This document shows positions 1-13,923 of a stretch of DNA of 64,000 nt, one piece after another. A program made the position numbers and the translations under genes. Positions within the stretch are counted from its first letter, which is position 1; each line of letters begins with the position of its first letter. Below the pieces are notes generated by a model that saw only the letters and a list, made by a program, of their open reading frames with translations, searched no databases and was not told the origin of the DNA. Origin of the DNA: Proteromonas lacertae (Eukaryota). The DNA lies in the NCBI GenBank assembly GCA_002245135.1, contig NGBS01000323.1, positions 1-64,000 of the forward strand, in the 5' to 3' direction.

Positions 1-3000
1 GATTAGAAAAGTTATGTGATGAAATGGGAATTCCAAAGAAAGATGAGATTTATATAACCAAGAGATTGAAGAATTAGAAAAAGAGTTAAAAGAAAAAGAA
101 GAAGAATTGAAAGAAGCAGTAAAAGAGAAGATGAAAATATTTCAAAATTAGAAGAAGAACTAAAGAACAAAGAAGATGAATTGATTAATCAACTGGAAAA
201 GCTTGAAGAGAAAGTTGAAGATGATACAATATTGAAATGTGAAATATTAGGTGAGAGTGAAGAAAACGTGAGTGATGAATTGAATAAAGAGATAATAAAG
301 ATAGTAGTGAAGAAAGAATTGAGATGATGAAAGATAAAGTTGATGAAGTAAGAATTGAAATATAACAAATAGATGATATTAAAGTGAAAGAATTGAATAA
401 TTAAAGAAAAAGTAAAAAGAATAAAAAACTTTAGAAAAGAATTAAATAACAACAAGAAGAAATGAAGAAGCTTGGTGATGAAAAGAAAAAATGATGAAAT
501 GATAATAAAGTATTGAATGATATAGACAAAGTGAATGATGAATTGAAAAGTGAGAATAAATTGATTAATAAATAGAAAGTAAAATAAAAAGATTAGAATG
601 AAAAAGTAATGATGAAAAGAGATGAAATCAAGATGATTTAGAAAAGTAGAAGATAAGTTGAATGAAAATGAAAAGAAACTAGATGATTTAGAAGCTAATG
701 TGAAAAACTTGAAAGATATAAATGAGTTAAACAACAAATGTAAATCAAATGAAGATGAATTGAAAGAATTGAATGAAAATGTTGATAAATTGGAGAATGA
801 GTTAAAAGAATTAGATGAATGTGACTTTATAGATAAATGTAAGTTAAGCGACAATGAAGAAATAAAGAAGAAGTAGAAATCCAAAGAAGAATAGTTATCT
901 ATGTGGTTTAAGTAAATTGAATGAAGAATTAAAAGAGAAGAGAAAGTGAGAATGATCTGAATGAAACAAAGAAAGAATTAGATGAGATAAAAGTAGATGA
1001 TGATGAAGAAGAAAAAGATATTGAAGAAATGAAAGAAAAATTATTCGAGTTAGGAAATAAAGAAATCGATTTAAGGTGTAAAATTCGAGAAACTAAAGAA
1101 TAATTCAAATGAATTAAAGAATGATTTAAATGATATAAAAGATGTAAAAATGAAATTAATCGAAGAGAAAGAAAAGAATGTAGAAGAAGATTTAAGTGAA
1201 TTAAAGAAAGAAAATGAAAAATTACATAATCGACTAAAGAAATGTGATAAAGATTTGTTAAAGAATAAAGAAGTGATTGATAAATTAGAATAAGCGATTA
1301 GAAGATATGAAATGTGAATTGGATGAGAATGAATTAGAAAATTTCGATATTGAGACAAGTAAAATAATTCCAATGAAAGAAGATCTGGAGAATGTGAGAG
1401 TGAATGAAATAAAAGAATTAGAACATAATGTAGATGAGATGAATGAAAAATTAGAGAAGTTGAAGAATGAAAAAGACGAAATAGAAGAAAAGTTGAAAGT
1501 ATTAGAAGATATGAATGATTTAAAAGAAAGTATTGATGATTTAAATAAAGATGTTGAGTTATGTAAAAGATTAGATGATCGAGTTCATAACAAATTGAAC
1601 AATGTAAAAGAGAATGAATAGTATGTCTAAAGAAAAGATAGATGAAATAGAAGAAGAATTAAAAGATATAGAAAATGAATTATACAGTAAAGAAAAGAGA
1701 TATTAAATGAGAATGAAAAATTATTAAATGTCGATGAAAATGCAGAAGATATAGAAGATAAATTGAAAGAAATAAAAGATGATATATTAAGAGAGAAGAA
1801 AGAAGTTGAAGAATTAAAGAGTCGATTAGAAAAGTTATGTGATGAAATGGGAATTCCAAAGAAAGATGAGAATTTATATAACCAAGAGATTGAAGAATTA
1901 GAAAAAGAGTTAAAAGAAAAAGAAGAAGAATTGAAAGAAGCAGTAAAAGAGAAAGATGAAAATATTTCAAAATTAGAAGAAGAACTAAAGAACAAAGAAG
2001 ATGAATTAGAGAGATTATGTAATCAACTGGAAAAGCTTGAAGAGAAAGTTGAAGATGATACAATATTGAAATGTGAAATATTAGGTGAGAGTGAAGAAAA
2101 CGTGAGTGATGAATTGAATAAAGAAGATAATAAAGATAGTAGTGGAAGAAATGAATTTGAATGAGATGAAATCATTAGATACAACTGAAAATAAACCAAT
2201 TGAAGAATATAAGAATGAGATAGATAATTTGAAAGTGAATGTATTAGAAAGTCGATTAAAAGAATTGAAGAACAAAGAAAAATCTTTAGAGAAAGAATTA
2301 AATAACAACAAGAAAGAAATGAAGAAGCTTGGTGATGAAAAGATTGGAAAAGATGATAATGATAATAAAGTATTGAATGATATAGACAAAGTGAATGATG
2401 AATTGAATGAGAATAAACATGAGATAGATGAAATAGAAAGTAAAATAGAAAGTTTAAAGAATAATAAGAATGAAATGTCAAATGATGAAAAGAGTGAAAA
2501 ATATGATGAAATCAAGAATGATTTAGACAAAGTAGAAGATAAGTTGAATGAAAATGAAAAGAAACTAGATGATTTAGAAGCTAATGTGAAAAACTTGAAA
2601 GATATAAATGAGTTAAACAACAAATGTAAATCAAATGAAGATGAATTGAAAGAATTGAATGAAAATGTTGATAAATTGGAGAATGAGTTAAAAGAATTAG
2701 ATGAATGTGACTTTATAGATAAATGTAAGTTAAGCGACAATGAAGAAATAAAAGAAGAAGTAGAAAATCCAAAGAAGAATAGTTATCTATGTGGTTTAAG
2801 TAAATTGAATGAAGAATTAAAAGAGAAAGAGAATGAGTTGAAAGAATTGAAAGAAAATATCGACAATTTCTATGTAAATGATCATGAAGATGAAAATAAA
2901 GATTTGAAAGAGTTAAATGATAAATCTGAAAAATTAAACAAAGATATTGAAGATCTAAAGAAAGACATAGATGATATAAATGATACATTAGAATCGATAA

Positions 3001-5234
3001 AGAAAGACTTATACAACAAGACTGAGAATCAAATACCTGAAAAAGAGAATGAATTGAAAGATTTAAGAAAAGAGAATGAAAAACTAGAAGAAAGACTAAA
3101 TAAAATAAATGGTGATGAAATAAACAACCAAGATATGTTAGAAAACACCAAGACAGAAATGGATGAAAATACTAATAAGTTGACTGAATTGAAGAATGAT
3201 TTATCCAAATTGAAAGGAAGTATGAAATCAATAGATGATGGAAATATGTCCAAAGTTCCAGTTGAACAATTAAAAGAATTGGATAAAGAAATGAGTGGAA
3301 TTGAAGATGATATGAAAGCTTGTAAAGAAAAAGAAAAAGAAATGGAAGATAAGCTAAATGTACTTGAAGAAATGACCAAATTGAATAAAGATTTGAAAGA
3401 GTTGAATAAAGATTTAGAACATTGTAAAAACATGGATGATCGAGTTCATAACAAATTGAACAATGTAAAAGAGAATGATAGTATGTCTAAAGAAAAGATG
3501 GATGAAATAGAAAAAGAATTGAATGAAATTGATGAAGAATTGAAAGTTAAAGAGAAAGAAATCGAAGATGAAAATGAAAAATTATTAAATGTCGATGAAA
3601 GTGATGAAAATGCCAAAAATAAGATGAATGAAATAAAATATGAAATAGAAAAAGAGAAGAAAGAAATTGAAGAATTAAAGAGTCGATTAGAAAAGTTATG
3701 TGATGAAATGGGAATTCCAAAGAAAGATGAGAATTTATATAACCAAGAGATTGAAGAATTAGAAAAAGAGTTAAAAGAAAAAGAAGAAGAATTGAAAGAA
3801 GCAGTAAAAGAGAAAGATGAAAATATTTCAAAATTAGAAGAAGAACTAAAGAACAAAGAAGATGAATTAGAGAGATTATGTAATCAACTGGAAAAGCTTG
3901 AAGAGAAAGTTGAAGATGATACAATATTGAAATGTGAAATATTAGGTGAGAGTGAAGAAAACGTGAGTGATGAATTGAATAAAGAAGATAATAAAGATAG
4001 TAGTGAAGAAATGAATTTGAATGAGATGAAATCATTAGATACAACTGAAAATAAACCAATTGAAGAATATAAGAATGAGATAGATAATTTGAAAGTGAAT
4101 GTATTAGAAAGTCGATTAAAAGAATTGAAGAACAAAGAAAAATCTTTAGAGAAAGAATTAAATAACAACAAGAAAGAAATGAAGAAGCTTGGTGATGAAA
4201 AGATTGGAAAAGATGATAATGATAATAAAGTATTGAATGATATAGACAAAGTGAATGATGAATTGAATGAGAATAAACATGAGATAGATGAAATAGAAAG
4301 TAAAATAGAAAGTTTAAAGAATAATAAGAATGAAATGTCAAATGATGAAAAGAGTGAAAAATATGATGAAATCAAGAATGATTTAGACAAAGTAGAAGAT
4401 AAGTTGAATGAAAATGAAAAGAAACTAGATGATTTAGAAGCTAATGTGAAAAACTTGAAAGATATAAATGAGTTAAACAACAAATGTAAATCAAATGAAG
4501 ATGAATTGAAAGAATTGAATGAAAATGTTGATAAATTGGAGAATGAGTTAAAAGAATTAGATGAATGTGACTTTATAGATAAATGTAAGTTAAGCGACAA
4601 TGAAGAAATAAAAGAAGAAGTAGAAAATCCAAAGAAGAATAGTTATCTATGTGGTTTAAGTAAATTGAATGAAGAATTAAAAGAGAAAGAGAATGAGTTG
4701 AAAGAATTGAAAGAAAATATCGACAATTTCTATGTAAATGATCATGAAGATGAAAGTAAAGATTTGAAAGAGTTAAATGATAAATCTGAAAAATTAAACA
4801 AAGATATTGAAGATCTAAAGAAAGACATAGATGATATAAATGATACATTAGAATCGATAAAGAAAGACTTATACAACAAGACTGAGAATCAAATACCTGA
4901 AAAAGAGAATGAATTGAAAGATTTAAGAAAAGAGAATGAAAAACTAGAAGAAAGACTAAATAAAATAAATGGTGATGAAATAAACAACCAAGATATGTTA
5001 GAAAACACCAAGACAGAAATGGATGAAAATACTAATAAGTTGACTGAATTGAAGAATGATTTATCCAAATTGAAAGGAAGTATGAAATCAATAGATGATG
5101 GAAATATGTCCAAAGTTCCAGTTGAACAATTAAAAGAATTGGATAAAGAAATGAGTGGAATTGAAGATGATATGAAAGCTTGTAAAGAAAAAGAAAAAGA
5201 AATGGAAGATAAGCTAAATGTACTTGAAGAAATG
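1..5234 (+). repeat. Intragenic tandem repeat, 1860-nt period, at least 3 partly variant units
   Basis: 2142-3374 recurs nearly identically at 4002-5234 (one visible substitution, 2895 a vs 4755 g). 1810-2141 matches 3670-4001, and 1-300 is a further error-rich copy. Confidence 0.95.
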
Positions 5235-8200
5235 AATAAATTGAATGAAAATCTAAATAACTTAAACGAAGAATATGATAATGATGTGAATAGAATAAAC
5301 AATGCAATGGAACAATTGAACAAACATAAAGAAAATCCAAATAATGATGAATCTGTAATGAATGATATACAGAAATGTGAAAATGAAGTAAAATTAGCAT
5401 TAGATACAATAAAGGAGATGTTAGATTCAAACAAAGATAGAATTAATAAGATTGATGAAAGTGACAAAGAGAATAGTGAAAATGAAATTCAAGAATGTAA
5501 GAAAGTTCAAGATGAAATTAAAGAGAAATTGAATGATATTAATATAAAGTTAGATGATGAGTTTAAGAAATATGATGGGTTAATTCCAGAAAATGTGGAT
5601 GAAAAAGAAGAAGAGATTAAAGCATTAAAAGAACAAGTAAGTGAATTACAGAAGCAATTAGATGAAATAGAAAACAATACAGAAATTGTTCCAATTGAAA
5701 AGAATGTATTGGTAGAATTTGTAAGAGATAGAGTGGAAATATTAGATGAAGATAATGACACAATAGCAAAAGCAGCAGGAGAATTAGAAAAACAAATCAA
5801 TAACTATAAGAGTATATCTACATTACAATCAAAGTCAGAAATTGATAAATTAAGTCAATCATTAGAAGAAATAAAGAAAGAGATTGAATCTTGTCCATCC
5901 ATATTAGATAATTACAATAAAGACATTGATGATTATGTAGAAGAGAAGAGTACAAGTTGTGATAAACTGATTGATATTTATTCTCGTGTTTTAGAGACTG
6001 AAAGATCAATAAAACAAACAGAAGAGTTGTTATTTGATTCTCAAATCTTGAATAATGTTATTGTGAATGAAGTTGTTCCATTATCTACAGATTATTCTAC
6101 AATAAAAGATAATTTCACTATTTCTATAGAAGAAAGAATGAAAATTGTGGAATATAATATGAATAATTATGAGAATTTATTACATAGATTAGATAAATTG
6201 GTAAATGAATATACAAATATGGCAAATGTCAAACAAAGTAAAGTAGAATTGTATACAATTGAATTGAAGAAATTATCATCAGAATTAGTTAGTATGAAGA
6301 AATCATTCAAACAATATCAAACAGCTAATTCAAAGAAAGATCTAAATGGAAATGAATATGTCGAATTAGATTCAAATATAACAAAACTTGAGAATGATCT
6401 GACTCAATCTAGAGAATCTGTAATGAATTTAATAGAAAATGTTGAAAATTCAAAATTACTCAACGAGATAAAGAATAAAGATGAATCATTGAATGAGAAA
6501 TGTGAATATTTATCATCACAATCATCAATTCAAATTCAATTAGAAACATTAGAGAATAATAAACACATCGACCAAACAAAAGTAGCTGTTATTAGAGAAA
6601 AATATGATAAATGTATTGAGATATTAGATAAATGTAATAAAGAATTGAAAGAAGATTTAGAAACAATAAACAATTTAGATGAAGAAAGTGAAAATATAAT
6701 CAGTGAAGTAAATATGGATAAGAATAATGAAATGAAAAAAGAATTACTTAAATCAGAAATTGATTTAGAAAAGACAGAATCAGATATAAATAACATTAGA
6801 ACTATGATGACTTTATTAGAAGAAATAACAAACGCTATGTTGGATGATAAATTGAAAGATCAATATAAAGAATTAATGAATTCACAAATTGATAGTTTAT
6901 CCAATATGAATGAAACAATGGGAAATCAATCGAAGAGATTAAATGAAAGAATTGACTCTCTATCAAAAGATCCAAATTGTATGGTGAATATTGATAATTT
7001 AGAAGAACAAATGAAAGAAATAGAAGAATCTAAAGATGAGAATATGAAAAAATTAGAAGAATGTGAAAGGAGATTAAAAGAACTTCAAAATACTGATGAT
7101 AGAGATCCATCCAAAGCAAACGAAATGGTAAAACTGAATAATGAAATATCTGAATTAAGTAAAGCAATAAATGAATCATCAGATAAAATGAATAAGATAA
7201 ATGATACAGTTAATACATTAGAAACTATAGCAATGGCTAATTCTGAATTAGATGATGCAGAAAAAGAACAAAAATTGAATAAATCTGCTTTAGATGAGAT
7301 GAAGCAAACTGTTGGAGGATTGGAATATTGTGAATATGTAAATCAAAATGCAATTAAAGATATTAATAATGATTTGAATTCATTGAAAAGAAGTCTTGAA
7401 GGAAATGATGATTCAATTAATGATATTAAATATTCAGTAAATGCAATGGAAAAAGTAAGTGATAGTGTAACATCAAAACAATTGAATAATCTTAAACAGA
7501 ATCTTCAACATTTACAAGATGTTAGAAATAAACCACGTAATGATATACAAGATATACATAGTAAATTAGATAAATCTTATCTTGATGATATGGAAAGATT
7601 AGAAAAAATAGTAGAAGATACAGAAAATACTACTGCAAATGATTTAAGAAAAGCAAAAGAGGAGAATGAAAAAGAGAAAGGGAAATTATTGAATAAGATA
7701 GAAGATTTAGAAAAAGAGGTAGATCGTTTGATTGTGGAAGGTGGTAAAGAAAAGAGAAAGCAATTGGAAGGTGAATTAAATAAACTGAAGAAGCAATTGA
7801 ATGAAGCTGAAAGAGAAGAGAAAAGATTAAGTGATGAGAAAGATAGACAAGAAAAAGGATGGAATTGTTGTAAAGAGAATTCAAAGGCATTAATGGAAGA
7901 AAGTAACAGATTAAAAGAAGAAATAGAAAGATTAGAGAATGAGTTGAAGGATGCTGATGAAAGATTAGCTGAGAATGATAAACTTATAAAGAATCAGAAA
8001 CAAATGTATGATGATCTTGATGATGAGTATAATAATCTATTGAATAAGACCAAGAATCAAAATATAGAGAATCCTGAAGTTCAAGAATTAAAGAGATATG
8101 TTGGCAAAGCAAGAATGTCTGTAATGGCTGCTAAATCTGCCTATGCTGAAGTAAGGCATTATGAAGTTCCACCACCAGAAAAGCCATATAAGATTGTAAT

Positions 8201-8941
8201 GTGTTGTTTATATTTTGTTGGTATAATTAATGAAGATCAATTTGTGAATGGATTAGGTAGAGAATGTGATTTGAATTATGATCCTCATGATCCAGATTAT
8301 AAACTAACAGAACAAGCAAAATGGAACTTTGTTAGAAGATATGTTGATTTTGATTTCGTTAAATCAAATCTGTGATTATGATATATTATCTGATAAGAAT
8401 GATGACTGAAAAGAGAATGTTAAGTCAAATCAGAGATGTATTGCTAGATATAACTCCTCAAGAAATAGATAATTATTCAAAAGCATTTACAGTTTCATTG
8501 AATTTGTTAAGATCTTATTTAGATTTGTATGATGCAGCGAATCGTGTAAGAGGATTAGCTGAATTAACTCCAAAGGAAATGATGTATAGAATATTGAATG
8601 TAAGTGATAAAATAACAACGTCATTCAATTCAACCAATAGCGAATTGAAGAAGATTAGAAATGAAGCTGAAAGTATTCTTAAAAGCCATCAAGAAGATAC
8701 TAAAGGAGATGTTTTCAAAGTTAAAGCAAGTAGAAAGTTCGATGAATTATGCAGTGATGTTTCTCAAGCTTATCATGATTTACAATATGCTTTAACGCCA
8801 GATCCATCTGATACAGAAAAGAATTGGCAAGAAGTATCTAAGGCATTGAAAAAGAGTATGGAAAAAGACATGCAATCAAATAATAAGCCATTCAATTTAC
8901 AGAAGAAAAAACCTGTAAGAAGTATGAAAAAGAAGTATTAA
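1..8941 (+). CDS. Giant E/K/N/D-rich coiled-coil protein (5' end outside window) with ~1.86-kb tandem repeats and a C-terminal dynein-stalk MTBD-like domain
   Basis: 2077-aa ORF 2142-8375, plus frameshifted upstream pieces (658, 1307, 1763) that repeat the same sequence. The 8372-8941 ORF joins after removing two 1-nt insertions near 8366 and 8406, giving VKSICDYDILSDKNDDEKRML. Confidence 0.8.
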
Positions 8942-9455
8942 ATATTATTATAATGTTTTAATTATATATAAATGTGTTTTTTAATTAAATAATGACAATA
9001 TTTTTTTCCAAAAGTTATTATCATTAATTAATATAAATTCAATTATTTTTTTTATTAATTCTTTATTATTTATCATCGTTTTTATACTTCTTTCATTTTT
9101 TTATCTAATTCTTTTTGTTCTTTTAAATGTATTTTATTATTTATAATTTAGCATAATATATATCAAATTATCTATTTTATAATAAAACATAAATATACAT
9201 TAGACTTCATTATTGTATTTAATCAAAAATCTACTTTTTTCAACATCATTGTCATTAAAAATAGTATAGCAACAAAGTTACTGTTGTCTCTGATAACAAT
9301 ATAGGCAAATAAATTCATTATTACAGAAATATTTTTCAAACATATTTGAAGTTTCAAAATATATAGTCGTTTCTAATTATCATTTTTCTCTTCTATTTTC
9401 TTTAATTTTAAGTTTATCATTTATTAAATTTTGTAGTATTCGTATTTTAAGCAGT

Positions 9456-10032
9456 ATGCATAAAAATTCTCCATATAAAGTAAAACATTATGTTGAAAAG
9501 GAACATTTGAAGAAAACAGACGAATATATAGCATCATTTGTAAGTAGATCGATGAAATTGTATATTAGTATATTTACATTTTATAGTTCAAGTGAAAAAG
9601 GTGATGTAGATGTTTGTAGTGCAGAGAATATTGCATCAATGAATTTAAAATACGAAAAGAGTATATCTGTTAATGAAGATGAATCAAAACATATTCCATT
9701 TTATAAAATCCCAGAAGATATTAAATCCACTGTTTTATCAATTGTTCAGTCGAATGTATAGAATTATTAGTTTATAATAATAGAAAATAGATAAAGAAGT
9801 TCAAACATCTTTGGAGTTAATTTCGTTAATGTGTATAAATAGGTTAATAAAATGCAATTCAAAGTATATATTAGTATAACATATATGCATAATAGACTAA
9901 AGAATTCATCTTCATCACATAAATTGGTGAGATTGTCAAAAATTGATAATCCTTTTCTGTATAATTAGTTAAATATATATGTTTTATAGGAAATATAAAA
10001 AAACAAAACATCGTACAAGTCACAAAGAATAA
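9456..10032 (+). CDS. Small multi-exon hypothetical protein
   Basis: Splicing GTAT..TAG introns at about 9757-9785, 9863-9894 and 9959-9989 keeps one frame to TAA at 10030-10032. 9560-9586 is a probable extra in-frame intron. Confidence 0.6.
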
Positions 10033-10066
10033 TAATAATAATAATAATAATATATTTCTAAATCTC

Positions 10067-11858
10067 TTACTTTTTAGTTGGTGTTGTTTTTATCAAATTT
10101 GATAATTTGGATATATAATTGTCAATTTCAACTCGGACTTAATCTTGGATGCATAAATACTACTTTTTCACCTGGAAATGCACAACACATTTCATGAACA
10201 TTATAATTGGAATGACTAACACTACCTACCCAACTAGTAGATAAAGTGTCAGCATTCATTTTATCAAATATTGCTTTATGATATCCAACATTTGTTTTTA
10301 CTACTTGACTATATTCATCAGTTTGAGTGGGATTATCTGGAAATGAGGTAGATTCATAAATATATTGAGCCATTGCATCATGAGGATATAAACGAAATGC
10401 TACAGATGGACCATTATTTTTACCAGCCACAATTTGAACATTATCATTCATTTTTGATAATTTTTCTCTCAAATAATTTGCATTTTGTAAACCGTGAGAT
10501 ACAAGAGTTTGCATACCATCTTTGCCTAAAGACATAAGTGATCCATATGCGCCAAAAACACCAACACCTCCTCTACTACATTCAATGGTAGATTCAAATC
10601 GATGAGTTGGATCTTCAGACATAAAATAAGTGAATGTTTTTGGGTCATGATGTAAATTGTAAAAGTCCTTTTTATTTTTGAATAATATCATTGAGGATAT
10701 ATATGGAGCAAATCCCCACTTGTGAAAATCAATTGTAAGTGAATCTGCTAAATATAAATATTTATATATCTCATTGACTGATTGTATTGCTATAGAATAA
10801 CAACAATAATAAAGAAGAAATAATAATAATAAATACATTCAATAGTTTTTTCATTAATACCAAGTGGATTTTTATCAAAATCATAATCTCTAAAATACAC
10901 TAAAGGCCAACCAACAGCAGTATCAGCATGTAAATGTGGTTTAACTGTAATATTATACTTTTTACACATTTCTTCACGAATATCATAAACAGCTTTGATA
11001 TTATCAATAGCAAATGTATCAGTTGTTCCTAATGTAATTAATATAACAGGAACTTTCAAATTCATTTTGAAACAACTTTCTAAAGTAGTTCTAAAATCAC
11101 GTAAATCTATTTGATTGGTGTTATTAAGTTTCAATTCAACTGTAAATTCTTTAGCTCCTACACCTAATGTGGATAGTACTGTCTTGTTGCTGTAATGCCC
11201 TGCTTGTGAAAATATGAATCTAAATGGTCCACATCTTTTTAAACCATTTTGTTCACTCTCTGGAAATTGCTTTCTTATTCCTGCTAAATAACCATACATA
11301 TTACACATTGTTCCACCTTGAGTGAATAGCCCAATACTTTCATTTGGATTGAAACCTACTAGATTTGACATTATTCTTGAGATTGTATCTTCAATATCAG
11401 CTGCCATTCTAGAATCTACATTTAGATTAAATCTAATTAAACATACATTCATAATGTACTAAATTTGAATTACTAATTAGACCTACTATACTAGCATATA
11501 ATGCACCATCACAACTCATTGTAGCTACATTTTCAGCTGATCTTCTTGAACACCAATTCTTACAAATTGCTCCCATCAGTTGCAATCTTTGACGAATCTC
11601 AGGAATATCCTTTTCTCCTGTAATACCTTTTGTTATTATTTCCTGATTTAACATTAACTTCTGTAATTCATCACCCTTTTCCATAAAATCATTTGGCATA
11701 GGGTTTATTCCTGGGAAGGACATCTGAAAGTCTGTCAATGGTTTTAAATCAGAAGATTTAAAGACGCACCAATAATTTGGATTTCTCGAAAAATTGTATT
11801 CGATAATCTTTTTATAGTTTTGTTGAAATACTTTACTTAGAGCATTTTTGAAAGACAT
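10067..11858 (-). CDS. PLP-dependent group II amino-acid decarboxylase (DDC/GAD/DABA-decarboxylase fold), bacterial-like
   Basis: Motifs GLFTQGGTMCN, SQAGHYS, TLGTTDTFAID, HLHADTAVG and ADSLTIDFHKW (PLP lysine). Two GT-AG introns (about 11416-11446 and 10790-10836) join three ORFs. The 3' end has a frameshift near 10135 (LSRVEIDNYI after correction), so the end coordinate is approximate. Confidence 0.9.
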
Positions 11859-11940
11859 AATGAAAAAAAAAGATATAAAAACGTAGAAAATATTAGAGAA
11901 ATGAACATTATACTCCTGTAATTTGTAATTTGTTATAGAG

Positions 11941-12733
11941 TTAAGCTAGAATTAACTCTTCAACATCAAGTTGCAGTATATCACACTCACAACCTAACAA
12001 AGAGCCAACACTTGGATTTGTTCTTCCTAAGTCACTATGAACAAACTCCTTGATATAAGTTCCTCCTGAACTTAATAAATGAAGAATGAAAAAGTGTGGA
12101 TTAATGTACTCTGTTTTCATTGAATAAATCATCTTCTTTCTCTCCATTAAAGATCTCCTATGTAATACTCGAACTGGAGTTTGTTGTAATACTTCCAAGT
12201 TAATAACATTATCTAATTTCTCATATAATAACTCTGGTGTCACTTTTTCTGAAGATTGAACAACACAAACATAGGATTTCTTCTTAGCCTCTGCATTCTG
12301 TTGTAACATATCAAAAGTTGATTTTTCACACACTCTCAAACTATTTACACCAACTCTATCATCTTGATTAATCTCATCTTCTAATTGTTTAAGTTCTTCT
12401 TCTGTAAGAGTTTCTCTTTTAGAATCTAATAATTCAACAACAAAAGGTCTTCCTTTACCTAACATTCTAACATTCACATCTTCTCTACCAGCTGCATGGA
12501 ATTTGGATGATTCTGCATGAAACATACTTTCAGTTGGTTTTGAGATAATTTCAGATAGACTTCCAACTATTCTACAAGTTGAATTATCAATTAACCATGG
12601 TGTTTGACTTAGATATCTATCGAATTTATTATAGAAACCATATAAATAAATTGAACTTCGTTTTATTGTACATGTTACTGTTGGATAAGTTGATAAAGAT
12701 GAAGGAGGAGACTAAATATATAAAATATTAACA

Positions 12734-12775
<42 letters not shown>

Positions 12776-13497
12776 CAATGAATGTAGATGGAGGTGTATC
12801 ATAATTAAATTCCAATAATTTATTTGTTAAACTTCTAATACTACTATCTAATGAACTTCTTTCTTTCTCCTTTCTAGATCTTTTCCTAGCTTTTTCAGAA
12901 TCGATTGGATTTAATAACCATTTATAATCTTCGTTAGTTTCTGGATGAGATATATCATAATATAATTCAAAATTTGATTCTCTCATATATTCTGAGGATG
13001 GTAAATACTCTTTTACAATTGGAGTTAAAATGTATTTTAATATATCTTTTAATTCTAGTATTGTTAATTCAGTAGGTTTTTTAAGTATTAAATTTGATTT
13101 GTACAGATTATAAAGAGATGAAAATTGACGAACAATGTATGAATTTGGGAAATGAAAACTCATTGAAAATTTACTTACTTCATAATTTGTTTCTTTGCAT
13201 AACTTTTCTAAAGCTTCTCTGAATATTCCTTTTGAAATAAATGCATCTTGTAATAGACCTAAACAGATTGGACATATTTTATCAAACTTCACTTCTTCAT
13301 TGATATATTTAGATATTGCATTAGCAATATCACTTTCTGATGATCTAGTAATTATAATTTCAATAATACAAGTAAAATTGTTGATTAACACAATTAGACA
13401 ATCTTAATATGCACCTTGGACAACATCCAAATGAATTAAGTTGTGATATACTTTGTGAAGAAAGTGTCAAGCTAGATGGGTTTAATTCGATTGACAT
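11941..13497 (-). CDS. PUS10: tRNA pseudouridine synthase Pus10
   Basis: N-terminal CCPRC..CPICLG zinc motif, FHAAGREDVNVRMLGKGRPF, QQTPVRVLHRR and GGTYIKEFVHSDLGRT. Two short introns, one with a (TA)n tract. Confidence 0.95.
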
Positions 13498-13560
13498 TAT
13501 AAATATATTCGTTTTAATAATTCAATTTAAATTTAAATTTTGTTGATTATATCTGTAAAT

Positions 13561-13861
13561 ATGAATTCAATTCAAATTCCAGAAGTATTTTCTTATATAA
13601 TATATTGTGTAGGAGGTGTATACACAAGAGGTAGTTAATGTAATTGAAGATATTCAAAATGTATGTAATTTAGTGTTTATATGATGTAGGGAATTAAAAG
13701 ATTAGTTGAAAATTTAAATTCTCTGAATAATAATCTTGAATATACATGCGAATTAGTATTCTTTAAAAAAATATTGTAATTAGGGACAAGAGACTGAGAA
13801 ATTAGCAAATATATGGTCATGCATAGGAAAACAAACACCTGAAGAAGATAATAATAAGTAG
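13561..13861 (+). CDS. DAD1: DASH/Dam1 outer-kinetochore complex subunit Dad1-like (71 aa, 4 exons; not in ORF track)
   Basis: Exons 13561-13584, 13613-13660, 13690-13755 and 13784-13861, separated by three phase-0 introns of 28, 29 and 28 nt. The product MNSIQIPEEVYTQEVVNVIEDIQNGIKRLVENLNSLNNNLEYTCELGQETEKLANIWSCIGKQTPEEDNNK fits the Dad1 pattern LNxLNxxLE-x5-GxE-x7-W. Confidence 0.75.
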
Positions 13862-13923
13862 ATAGTATGTTTATAATTTAAATTTTTATTTAATTGATTA
13901 AATGTGATGTTTTTACCATACTT

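Noticed and set aside
189..7890. Many long minus-strand F/S/L-rich ORFs
   Set aside because: They are antisense shadows of the GAA/AAA-rich coiled-coil gene; the same applies to the shadow ORFs opposite the 28-31 kb gene and the surface-protein gene.
8985..9420. Minus-strand coding-like stretch with an intron-like segment and in-frame TAA codons (possible TAA reassignment or pseudogene)
   Set aside because: TAA, TAG and TGA all serve as normal stops in the conserved genes here, TAA is expected by chance in AT-rich DNA, and I recognised no homology.
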